From: Halieaceae bacterium UBA5085
Lineage (GTDB): Bacteria; Pseudomonadota; Gammaproteobacteria; Pseudomonadales; Halieaceae
Direction of reading: 5' to 3'
NCBI GenBank assembly: GCA_002414665.1
Contig: DIAF01000045.1
Span: 31,521 to 95,520, forward strand
DNA: 64,000 bases
In this document: positions 56,543 to 64,000 of the stretch, piece by piece
Layout: each line of letters starts with the position of its first letter
How positions within the stretch are numbered: position 1 is the stretch's first letter
Position numbers and translations under genes: made by a program
Notes under the pieces: model-generated
The model's database searches: none
What the model was told of the DNA's origin: nothing
The model's input: only the letters and a program-made list of their open reading frames with translations

Positions 56543-57140
56543 CACCCCGCGCCTGTGGCTACTGACAGCGGCGCTGTTCCTCGGCGGCTGCACGCAATGG
56601 CACTATAACCTGGGCGAGAGCCTCCCCCCAGAGGCCGCGGCACTGGCCAGTGCACCCGTCACGGATCTCAGTGCCAGTGACATCCTCTCCAGGCTCGGGC
56701 CACCGCTGCGCATGTCTGCTATTCCCGGAGGTTACGTGCTCGGCTGGGAATCCTGGCAGGTGACGGAAAACGTGCTGGGCTTCAGCCTCGGTGCCCTGGG
56801 TGTGGATTTCCTGTCCATCGATGTTGGCCGCGCCAGTACCCGCAATGAGGCCCTGTTGCTGACATTCAGCGGGCAACACCGCCTGGTAGGTGGCAGCTGG
56901 CATGGTCGCGACGACAGCGTGGGCGGTGGGCGCTCGGTGCAGCCGTTGGTCGGGCTGGTGCCGGTAGTGGATGTGGACGACATTACCGCGCGGCTGCCCC
57001 ATCACGATTGGGGCCGTGGGGCACTCGAGCCGCTGCCCATTGGCCTTAACCGGGTTCAGCGTCCCGATATGGGGCAGGGCGGTGTCGCACAGCGGGCAAC
57101 GCCAACCGGCACAGGGCAGCAGACCCTGGAGTTACGCTGA
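56535..57140 (+). CDS. Lipoprotein, a distant paralog of the preceding gene
   Basis: Lipobox LGGC. SASDILSRLGPPLRM repeats the LGPP segment. 8-nt overlap with the upstream gene. Confidence 0.45.
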   Translation: MADTPRLWLLTAALFLGGCTQWHYNLGESLPPEAAALASAPVTDLSASDILSRLGPPLRMSAIPGGYVLGWESWQVTENVLGFSLGALGVDFLSIDVGRASTRNEALLLTFSGQHRLVGGSWHGRDDSVGGGRSVQPLVGLVPVVDVDDITARLPHHDWGRGALEPLPIGLNRVQRPDMGQGGVAQRATPTGTGQQTLELR

Positions 57141-57246
57141 CGACGAATTTGCGTGGCAAGCCACGCCGGGTTTTGTACACTGGGGTCGACGGGTTTTCCG
57201 GCTCCGTTTTCCGGAAACCTGAACGACAATAAGAGAGGACAACACC

Positions 57247-58920
57247 ATGCAGGCTGACACGCTCGATAAACTGCTGGCTCACTGGGCTGTAGAAACGCCA
57301 GATAAAGTCTGGCTGAAGGATCTGTTGCCGGAGGGGTCCCGGGATGTGACCTGGAAGGAAGCCCACGCCACCGTCAATGCCATGGCTGCCATGCTGGAGC
57401 ACCATTTCGGCCACGGCGAACGCATAGGGCTGTTGTCGCGGAATTGTGCGCACTGGTTTATGGCAGATCTGGCGATTATCCAGTCTGGCAATGTCACGGT
57501 GAGCATGTTCACCACGCTGCCCGCATCGACCGCTCAGTACATTATGGACTTCACCGGGACGAAAGCACTGTTCGTCGGCGAAACCACCAACTGGAAGGCG
57601 GTGAGGGAAGTTCTGCCCGAGGGTATCACACTGATTACCCTCCCCGGCGTGGAGCTGGAGGAGCCGCACCTCAAATGGGACGATCTGCTGGCGGAATGGC
57701 GGGGTCAGGTGCCGAAGTACCGCTGTCAGCCCGATGACGTGATTTCGCTGGTGTTCACATCGGGTACTACCGGGTTGCCCAAAGGCGTGATTCAGACGCA
57801 CCGCAGCAATCTCGTCCCGATTACACGCTTCCGTACCACTTTTGGGACGCGAGACGAGGCCCGCTATTTTTCCTATCTGCCACTGTCCCACATAGCCGAG
57901 CGACAGATTGTCGAATTTTCTTCGCTGACCTGCTGCGGCGAAGTGAGTTTCAACCAGGGCCTGGAGACGCTGGCAGGTGATCTGCAGCGTACGCGGCCGC
58001 ATATGTTTTTTGGCCCGCCCCGTGTCTGGGAGCAGCTGAAGCAGGCGGTGATCGCCAAGTTCGGCGGCAACGAGGTGCTGGAGCAGGCTCTGAGCCAGGA
58101 CAGCGCGGGCATTGGCAAGCTGGTACTGGAGGGCCTGGGCCTTGATCAGGTCGAGTACTGTCTGGTGGCTGCCGCGCCGACTCCGCCGTCGTTGATCGAG
58201 TGGTGGGAGCGCCTGGGACTGATTCTGATGGAGGGTTTCGGCCAAACCGAGGCCATGGGAGTAATCGTCAGCGGCTACGATTCACGGCGTGTCGGTTCTA
58301 TCGGCAAGCCCATTGGGGAGGTTGAGTACCGGATCACTGATGAGGGCGAGCTGGTGGTGCGCGCCGCCGGTTGTACGCCGGGTTACTACAAGCAACCGGA
58401 AAAGACGGCGGAGCTGATCCGGGACGGTTGGCTGCACACCGGCGATAAAGCCCGGGTCGACGAGGACGGCTTTATTTACCTGACGGGTCGCGTCAAAGAA
58501 TACTTTAAAACCATTCAGGGCAAGTTTGTGGCGCCGCCGCCCATTGAAGGCGAATTTGCCAAGAACCCGCACACGGAACAGCACTGCCTGCTAGGTCGCG
58601 GCTTTTCCAAGACGGTGATGGTGGCCGTGCTGAATGAGGCGGCCCGCCAGCTGGCGGAGGCCTCACGCGAGCAGGCGGAAGCGGAAATTGCACAGGCGAT
58701 ACACGAGGCGGTGCAGAGCATCAATGAAGCGGTGGAAAAACACGCGCGTATTGGCGCGGTAATCCTCTCACGACAGGAGTGGACCATCGACAATGAAGTG
58801 CTGACGCCGACGCTGAAGATTCGCCGTGAGAAGGTAGAAGAGCGTTACGGTGAGCTTGCCGAGGGCCTTGCGCGCAGGGCGGCGGAACAGCGCGAAGTGA
58901 TTCTGCACTGGGCGGACTGA
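57247..58920 (+). CDS. AMP-dependent long-chain fatty acid-CoA ligase
   Basis: LVFTSGTTGLPKGVIQTH, GWLHTGD and KFVAP motifs. Confidence 0.85.
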   Translation: MQADTLDKLLAHWAVETPDKVWLKDLLPEGSRDVTWKEAHATVNAMAAMLEHHFGHGERIGLLSRNCAHWFMADLAIIQSGNVTVSMFTTLPASTAQYIMDFTGTKALFVGETTNWKAVREVLPEGITLITLPGVELEEPHLKWDDLLAEWRGQVPKYRCQPDDVISLVFTSGTTGLPKGVIQTHRSNLVPITRFRTTFGTRDEARYFSYLPLSHIAERQIVEFSSLTCCGEVSFNQGLETLAGDLQRTRPHMFFGPPRVWEQLKQAVIAKFGGNEVLEQALSQDSAGIGKLVLEGLGLDQVEYCLVAAAPTPPSLIEWWERLGLILMEGFGQTEAMGVIVSGYDSRRVGSIGKPIGEVEYRITDEGELVVRAAGCTPGYYKQPEKTAELIRDGWLHTGDKARVDEDGFIYLTGRVKEYFKTIQGKFVAPPPIEGEFAKNPHTEQHCLLGRGFSKTVMVAVLNEAARQLAEASREQAEAEIAQAIHEAVQSINEAVEKHARIGAVILSRQEWTIDNEVLTPTLKIRREKVEERYGELAEGLARRAAEQREVILHWAD

Positions 58921-58962
58921 ACGCCACGCGCGTCACAGTATGGCGGCGGGTGTTGCACACAC

Positions 58963-60288
58963 CTAGTTGCTAGTTGGGGGGCGGCGCGCTTCCGTTTCTG
59001 GCTCGGCCTCGACCTGAAATTCATCATAGCCCTGGGTGTCTGTAGGTAACAGGTCACCGATCGCATCCTCCGGTCCGCGCGGGTCAAGCCCAAAGCCGGT
59101 CGGGGCTGCTTCGGTAGCGGCGGCAGAGAAGGGCACCTGGTCTTCCGCGGCGACAACCTGGTCCTTGTCCCGCGTTTGTATGGCAAGGTAAATGGCAAAT
59201 ACCGCACACAGTGCGCCGAAGGACCAAAACAGTGCCGTGGCATCGTACTGGCTCATCAGCTGCCCGAGCAGAATGGGGGCGGAGGCCGCACCCAGGGCAT
59301 TCAGCAGCAGCACCGATGTGCCGATTTCCACAAACTCCTCCGCCGACGAGTTGTCAGCCGCTGTCGCCAGTGAAATCGCGTACAGCGGCATGGTCATCGC
59401 CCCGAATACAAACACTGCAGCCAGGTGCGCGCTGTGCTCCACGGTAAGCGCGACCGCGGCGGAGGCGGCAATCGCCCCGACACTCAGGAACACCAGTACG
59501 TAACGCCGGTCAACGCGGTCGGACAGCCAGCCGATTGGATACTGGAACAGCGCCCCTCCAGCGATACCCGCTGTGATAAACCAGGTGACATCAGCCATGC
59601 TGTCCCCATAGCGGCGGGCAAACACGGCACCGAGAGCCCAGAAACTGCCCACTACCAAACCTGAAAGCAAGGTACCTGCGAACGCGGCGCGCGAGCGGCG
59701 ATATAGCAGATTGAAGCGAATACGCGTGGATTCGATGGGTGCTGGCGCCAGACGACTGGTGAGGCCGACCGGGACAATGGCCAGTGCCATGAAGATGGCA
59801 GCGAGGATAAACGGCGTCGCACTGTCAGCGGGGCCAACGTTGATCAGCACCTGGCCCAGGGCCATCGCCGCAAGAATGATGAACGTGTAGATGGCCAATA
59901 CCTGGCCGCGTGACTCTGCACTGGTCTGGTCGTTAAGCCAGCTTTCGATAACCGTGTACAGGCCGCAGATCATGGCGCCGGTGAGGAAACGGAGCAGCAT
60001 CCAGGGAAGCCAGCCGTCCAGTGTCTCCAGGGCGAGAATGGCGCTCATCATGATCGCTGTGAGTACGGCGAAGCTGCGGATATGGCCAACTTTGGCGATG
60101 ATTCTCGGGATCAGCAGGCAGCCGGCGACGAAGCCCATGAAGTAGGCCGACGCACTGACACCGATGAGGAAATCCGACAGCCCGATACTGCTCGCGCGCA
60201 GCGGTAGCAGGGTCAGCTGCATCCCCTGGCCGACCAGCAGCAGTGCTGTCGAAAGCAGCAATGAAGTGAGGGTTAGCAATGCTCTCAT
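58963..60288 (-). CDS. MFS transporter
   Basis: 12-TM pattern. Start at ATG 60288 (MRALLTLTSLLL). Confidence 0.8.
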   Translation of the reverse strand: MRALLTLTSLLLSTALLLVGQGMQLTLLPLRASSIGLSDFLIGVSASAYFMGFVAGCLLIPRIIAKVGHIRSFAVLTAIMMSAILALETLDGWLPWMLLRFLTGAMICGLYTVIESWLNDQTSAESRGQVLAIYTFIILAAMALGQVLINVGPADSATPFILAAIFMALAIVPVGLTSRLAPAPIESTRIRFNLLYRRSRAAFAGTLLSGLVVGSFWALGAVFARRYGDSMADVTWFITAGIAGGALFQYPIGWLSDRVDRRYVLVFLSVGAIAASAAVALTVEHSAHLAAVFVFGAMTMPLYAISLATAADNSSAEEFVEIGTSVLLLNALGAASAPILLGQLMSQYDATALFWSFGALCAVFAIYLAIQTRDKDQVVAAEDQVPFSAAATEAAPTGFGLDPRGPEDAIGDLLPTDTQGYDEFQVEAEPETEARRPPTSN

Positions 60289-60373
60289 GGGATGTCCGGT
60301 GTCGGTGCGTGGTGCTGTGATCAAGAAGGCAGGGTACACGCTTTGCCACAGGTGAAAAACCGCAATTCGAGAT

Positions 60374-60397
60374 AAAAAAAGCCCGGCATAGCCGGGC
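60374..60397 (-). terminator. Rho-independent terminator downstream of folE
   Basis: The minus strand reads GCCCGGC-TAT-GCCGGGC followed by TTTTTTT. Confidence 0.6.
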
Positions 60398-60424
60398 GAA
60401 AAAAGCCGAATTCCCAGGGGGGGA

Positions 60425-61102
60425 TCAGTTCAGGAATTCGGCCCGGGTGCTCGGGTCGGATTTAAACGCGCCACCCAGCGAGGTGGTACGGGTTCTGGAG
60501 TTGCTGTCCATCACGCCGCGTGACTTGACGCAGTAGTGCACAGCATCGATAGTGACGGCAACATCATCGGTGTCCAGTAGGGTCTGCAAGGCGACCAGAA
60601 CCTGTTGGGTCAGGCGCTCCTGCACCTGCGGACGCTGGGCAAAGAAACGCACTATGCGGTTGATCTTGGAGAGGCCGATCACCTTGTCCTTGGGTATGTA
60701 GGCAACCCGGGCGCGGCCGTCGATGGTGACGAAGTGGTGCTCGCAGGTGCTGACGACATCAATATCATCCACCTGCACCATCTCTTCCACCTGCATCTTG
60801 TTGGCGATGACAGAGATTTTGGGAAAGCGTGAGTAGTCGAGGCCTGAAAAGATTTCATCCACGTACATTTTCGCGATACGGTGAGGAGTCTCTGCCAGGC
60901 TGTCATCGTTCAGGTCCAGGCCCAGCGTGCGGGTGATATCGGTGAAGGACTGTACGATGCGACGGTATTTTTCATCACGCGAGAGTCCGTTTTGGATCAT
61001 CGGGGTCTCCAGGCCACGTTCCAGCAGAGCATTGCGCACGATGGCCGCCTCTGCCGACATCTTGCTTGGGAAGGGAATGTTGCCAGCCAGTGCAGTTTCC
61101 AT
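60425..61102 (-). CDS. folE: GTP cyclohydrolase I (type 1)
   Basis: [12 protein letters not shown] and QVQERLTQQ motifs. Confidence 0.9.
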   Translation of the reverse strand: METALAGNIPFPSKMSAEAAIVRNALLERGLETPMIQNGLSRDEKYRRIVQSFTDITRTLGLDLNDDSLAETPHRIAKMYVDEIFSGLDYSRFPKISVIANKMQVEEMVQVDDIDVVSTCEHHFVTIDGRARVAYIPKDKVIGLSKINRIVRFFAQRPQVQERLTQQVLVALQTLLDTDDVAVTIDAVHYCVKSRGVMDSNSRTRTTSLGGAFKSDPSTRAEFLN

Positions 61103-61246
61103 GTCGCATCTCCAGTACGTTTGGAGTAGGTACGGCAGGCTCTACCGGATGGATTACCGGTCCGTGGTCGAAGCCGCAGCGCTGTCGTACATTTGGTGGA
61201 CAAAACCTGGTCAGAAATTTGGCGTTACGCTCGGAGGAGGGGGACT

Positions 61247-62266
61247 ATGACACACACACGACCCATCAAGGTGGGCCTGATGGGCTTCGGCCAGATCGGC
61301 CGCCAGGTCTACGATCTGGCCGCGCGCGGAACGGATGTTGAGATCGTGGCCATCGCCGACATCGGTGATCCGGCAATCCTGCATTACCTGCTGTGCTCGG
61401 AAATGAAAGCGGCATCCTATCGGCTTGAAGGCAATTTCCTTCACAACAGCCGTTTCCGTACCCGGCTATTGCGCACCGACACGCCAGCCGAGATGCCCTG
61501 GGACGTGTTTGGAGTGGATATCGTCATCGACGCCACCGGCAAGTATCGCCAGCGTGATGCCATGCTGCAGCACCTCCAGGCGGGTGCGCCGCGCGTGCTG
61601 TTGCGTACTCTGCCCGGCGACCATATTGATCGCCTCGTGATGCCGGGTATCAACAGCGACAGCATTCAGGCAACCGACCGCATGATATCTGCAGGCTCGG
61701 CCACCACGACAGCGCTGTGTCTTTTACTGCATGCGCTGTCCGTCGAGTTTGACATCGAGTGTGGCAGCATGACCACGGTTCACGCCTACACTTCCGACCA
61801 GGTATTGCAGGACTACGCCGGCAGCGACTTCCGCCGCAGCCGCTCTGCCGCAGAGAACATCATACCCAACCAGCACGAGGCCGGGGCGTGGCTGGGGCAT
61901 GTGCTCCCCGCGCTCGCGGGCAAGGTGCTGACCTCCGCCCTGAATGTGCCGATCCACCAGGGCTGTTTGCTTGACGTCAATCTGGTGTTCAGGGATACGG
62001 CCGTCACTGCCGACGCTGTTAACGACTGCATGCGTCGCCGCGCGGCGGATTACGCGGACATTGTGACCGTGGTGGAGGACCCGGTGGTGTCTTCGGACGT
62101 CATTGGCAATCCACACTCGCTGGTATTCGACGCCTGCGGCACCATCAAGGCCGGCAAGCACACCATCAAGGCCCTGGGTTGGTACGAGACCCTGGGTCAC
62201 GCCGCACGCCTCCTTGATGTGGCGCGTTTGTATGCGGCGCTAGACCACACGGAGGAGGCGGCATAA
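61247..62266 (+). CDS. GAPDH-family paralog lacking the catalytic cysteine (predicted non-canonical or inactive)
   Basis: GFGQIGRQ Rossmann start and TVHAYTSDQ are retained, but SAGSATTTAL replaces SNASCTTNCL (Ala codon GCC at 61700-61702) and NQHEAGAWL replaces TSTGAAKAV. Strong GGAGGAGGGGG RBS. Confidence 0.75.
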   Translation: MTHTRPIKVGLMGFGQIGRQVYDLAARGTDVEIVAIADIGDPAILHYLLCSEMKAASYRLEGNFLHNSRFRTRLLRTDTPAEMPWDVFGVDIVIDATGKYRQRDAMLQHLQAGAPRVLLRTLPGDHIDRLVMPGINSDSIQATDRMISAGSATTTALCLLLHALSVEFDIECGSMTTVHAYTSDQVLQDYAGSDFRRSRSAAENIIPNQHEAGAWLGHVLPALAGKVLTSALNVPIHQGCLLDVNLVFRDTAVTADAVNDCMRRRAADYADIVTVVEDPVVSSDVIGNPHSLVFDACGTIKAGKHTIKALGWYETLGHAARLLDVARLYAALDHTEEAA

Positions 62267-63264
62267 TGCGTGTAGCAATTAATGGTTTTGGCCGTATAGG
62301 CCGCTCTGTATTCCGCATTCTGGAGAATGACCCTGACATACAGGTTGTTGTTATCAACGACCTGTTTGACCACGCCGCCCTGCGCTACCTGCTGAACTAC
62401 GACACCGTCATGGGGCCGTTTGGCAAGTCGCTCGCGCTGGAAGGTGATGAGTTAGTCACCCCCGGTGGACGCTGCAAGCTGATCAGCGAGCGCGATCCCG
62501 CAGCCCTGCCCTGGGGAGAGATGGGTATCGATGCCGTAGTGGAGGCGACAGGCGCCTTTCGCAAGCGCAGCCAGCTCGATGGGCACCTGCAGGCGGGTGC
62601 GGGTCGGGTGGTGCTCACCGTGCCGGCCTCTGATGCTATCGATTACACGGTTGTACTCGGTGTCAACGATGAGGGCTTGCGTCCTGAGCATCGCATTGTG
62701 TCCAATGCCAGTTGCACCACGAACTGTCTCGCGCCCATGGCAAGCGTACTGGATAGCGCCTTCGGTATCGAAGAGGGGGTGATCAATACGGTGCATGCTT
62801 ACACCAACGACCAGCGGCTGGCAGATGTGCCGCACTCAGATTGGCGGCGCAGCCGGGCAGCCGCGGAAAACACTATTCCCACCTCGACCGGGGCAGCAAA
62901 AGCAGTGGGTGAGGTGTTGCCACAGCTCAAGGGAAGGCTGCATGGCATTGCCTCGCGGGTGCCGGTTCCCGACGGGTCGGTGGTCGATCTGTTCGTCAAG
63001 CTCGCTCGCCCGGTCACCGTGGATGCAGTGCACGAAGCCGTGCGCACTGCCGCTGACTCCAGTGCCCTGCAGGGCATCCTTGCCTTCAGTGAACGGCCGA
63101 TTGTCTCGACGGATATTATTGGCAATGCGCACTCTTCCATCTATGACGCGGGCTTCACCGCTGTTGTCAACGAGCGCTACCTGCGCGTACTTAACTGGTA
63201 CGACAACGAATGGGGTTACTCGGCGCGTGTGTGCGATCTGTTGCGGAGGTTCAGCCAGTGGTAA
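62266..63264 (+). CDS. gap: Type I glyceraldehyde-3-phosphate dehydrogenase
   Basis: INGFGRIGR, SNASCTTNCLAPM and TSTGAAKAVG motifs are all intact. The ATG overlaps the upstream stop by 1 nt. Confidence 0.9.
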   Translation: MRVAINGFGRIGRSVFRILENDPDIQVVVINDLFDHAALRYLLNYDTVMGPFGKSLALEGDELVTPGGRCKLISERDPAALPWGEMGIDAVVEATGAFRKRSQLDGHLQAGAGRVVLTVPASDAIDYTVVLGVNDEGLRPEHRIVSNASCTTNCLAPMASVLDSAFGIEEGVINTVHAYTNDQRLADVPHSDWRRSRAAAENTIPTSTGAAKAVGEVLPQLKGRLHGIASRVPVPDGSVVDLFVKLARPVTVDAVHEAVRTAADSSALQGILAFSERPIVSTDIIGNAHSSIYDAGFTAVVNERYLRVLNWYDNEWGYSARVCDLLRRFSQW

Positions 63265-64000
63265 GCACCCGCGAAGCCGGCAGTGGTGAGCGTTCTGATT
63301 ACAGTGAGCTGCGCAGCAATGTCAGCTTTCTCGGCCATCTGCTGGGCGACACGATCGCCGCGGCGAACGGTCCCGAGTTTCTGGACCTCGTGGAAAAAAT
63401 CCGCCGCCTGTCGAAGTCGGCGCGTACCGGCGGCGAGGATGCCGCCCACGCCGAGCTGCTGGCGGTGCTGCGCGCGCTGGACAACCAGCAATTGGTGCCG
63501 GTGGCGCGAGCATTCAGCCAGTTCCTCAATCTCGCCAACATTGCCGACCAGCACCACACAGTTTCACGGCAGATGGATCCCCTGTTCTCGGCTTCCCGCA
63601 ATCTCAGCGGCAATTTTGAAGCCCTGCTTGAGGAGGGAGTCCCGGCCGGGTCTATTGTCGACGCCGTTGCGGCCCTGCGCATCGACCTGGTGCTGACGGC
63701 TCACCCCACAGAAATCATGCGGCGCACCCTGATTCACAAGCAGACCGAGATCGGTCGCTGCCTGTCGCAGCTGGAGCTGGGTGGCCTCACGCGCCGCGAA
63801 CAGGAGCAGCTGCATACCCGCCTGCGCGAGTTGATCGCCCAGATCTGGTACGGGGATGATTTCCGCACCGAGCGGCCATCCCCGGTCGATGAGGCGAAAT
63901 GGGGCTTTGCCGTGGTTGAGGACTCGCTGTGGCGTGCCGTACCGGAGTACATGCGCCGGCTGGATGCGGCGTTGCAGGAATGTTGTGGCAGCAGGCTGCC
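63258..64000 (+). CDS. ppc: Phosphoenolpyruvate carboxylase, 5' part (continues beyond the window)
   Basis: This ORF is not in the supplied track because it has no stop in the window. My frame-3 translation gives ...LRSNVSFLGHLLGDTI...ARAFSQFLNLANIADQHH...VLTAHPTEIMRRTLIHK...PSPVDEAKWGFAVVEDSLW. The GTG 63258 start overlaps the gap stop. Confidence 0.9.
   Translation, partial: MVSTREAGSGERSDYSELRSNVSFLGHLLGDTIAAANGPEFLDLVEKIRRLSKSARTGGEDAAHAELLAVLRALDNQQLVPVARAFSQFLNLANIADQHHTVSRQMDPLFSASRNLSGNFEALLEEGVPAGSIVDAVAALRIDLVLTAHPTEIMRRTLIHKQTEIGRCLSQLELGGLTRREQEQLHTRLRELIAQIWYGDDFRTERPSPVDEAKWGFAVVEDSLWRAVPEYMRRLDAALQECCGSRL

Noticed and set aside
61103-61246. Possible riboswitch (THF or folE-motif type) in the ~145-nt region upstream of folE. 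It contains a CCGG-TAATCCAT-CCGG hairpin.
   Set aside because: I cannot match it to any riboswitch consensus from memory, and the region is also the divergent promoter of the gap paralog. It needs an Rfam/Infernal scan before any claim.

Overview
High-GC (about 63% in sampled lines) gammaproteobacterial chromosome, densely coding, with one acquired region. The core carries: a secreted hydrolase-cyclophilin fusion, a vWA repeat protein, a MarR/enoyl-CoA hydratase/SDR cluster, a WS/DGAT wax-ester synthase, an M32 carboxypeptidase, an FATP-type acyl-CoA synthetase, an Opp-like ABC transporter, sufBCDS-A-T-E, msrB, rhlE, phoD, folE, tandem gap genes and the start of ppc. Between 7804 and 26009 lies an 18.2-kb genomic island. 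It abuts tRNA-Thr(CGU) and is bounded by a 14-bp direct repeat of the tRNA 3' end, with an intact P4-type integrase at the tRNA-distal end. The island has three parts: (i) a high-GC stretch of gene fragments at 9.3-13.1 kb; (ii) a low-GC cargo (37-48% in sampled lines) with a P450/Rieske/SRPBCC/amidohydrolase operon convergent on a MarR-controlled RND pump operon that ends in two hotdog thioesterases, the two separated by IS debris and a 376-bp pseudo-copy of the pump adaptor 5' end; (iii) an SRAP gene lacking its Met-Cys start. The best candidates for undescribed biology are: the island oxygenase plus RND-thioesterase cargo; a translationally coupled DUF6502-like/DUF5666 lipoprotein pair preceded by a perfect 34-bp palindrome and ending in a poly-Asp tandem-repeat tail; a coupled protease/7TM-transglutaminase/ATP-grasp trio; a GAPDH paralog without the catalytic cysteine, coupled to gap and ppc; and a lipoprotein-anchored GspG-like domain. 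No CRISPR array or rRNA was seen. All family assignments come from reading motifs by eye, with no database search.
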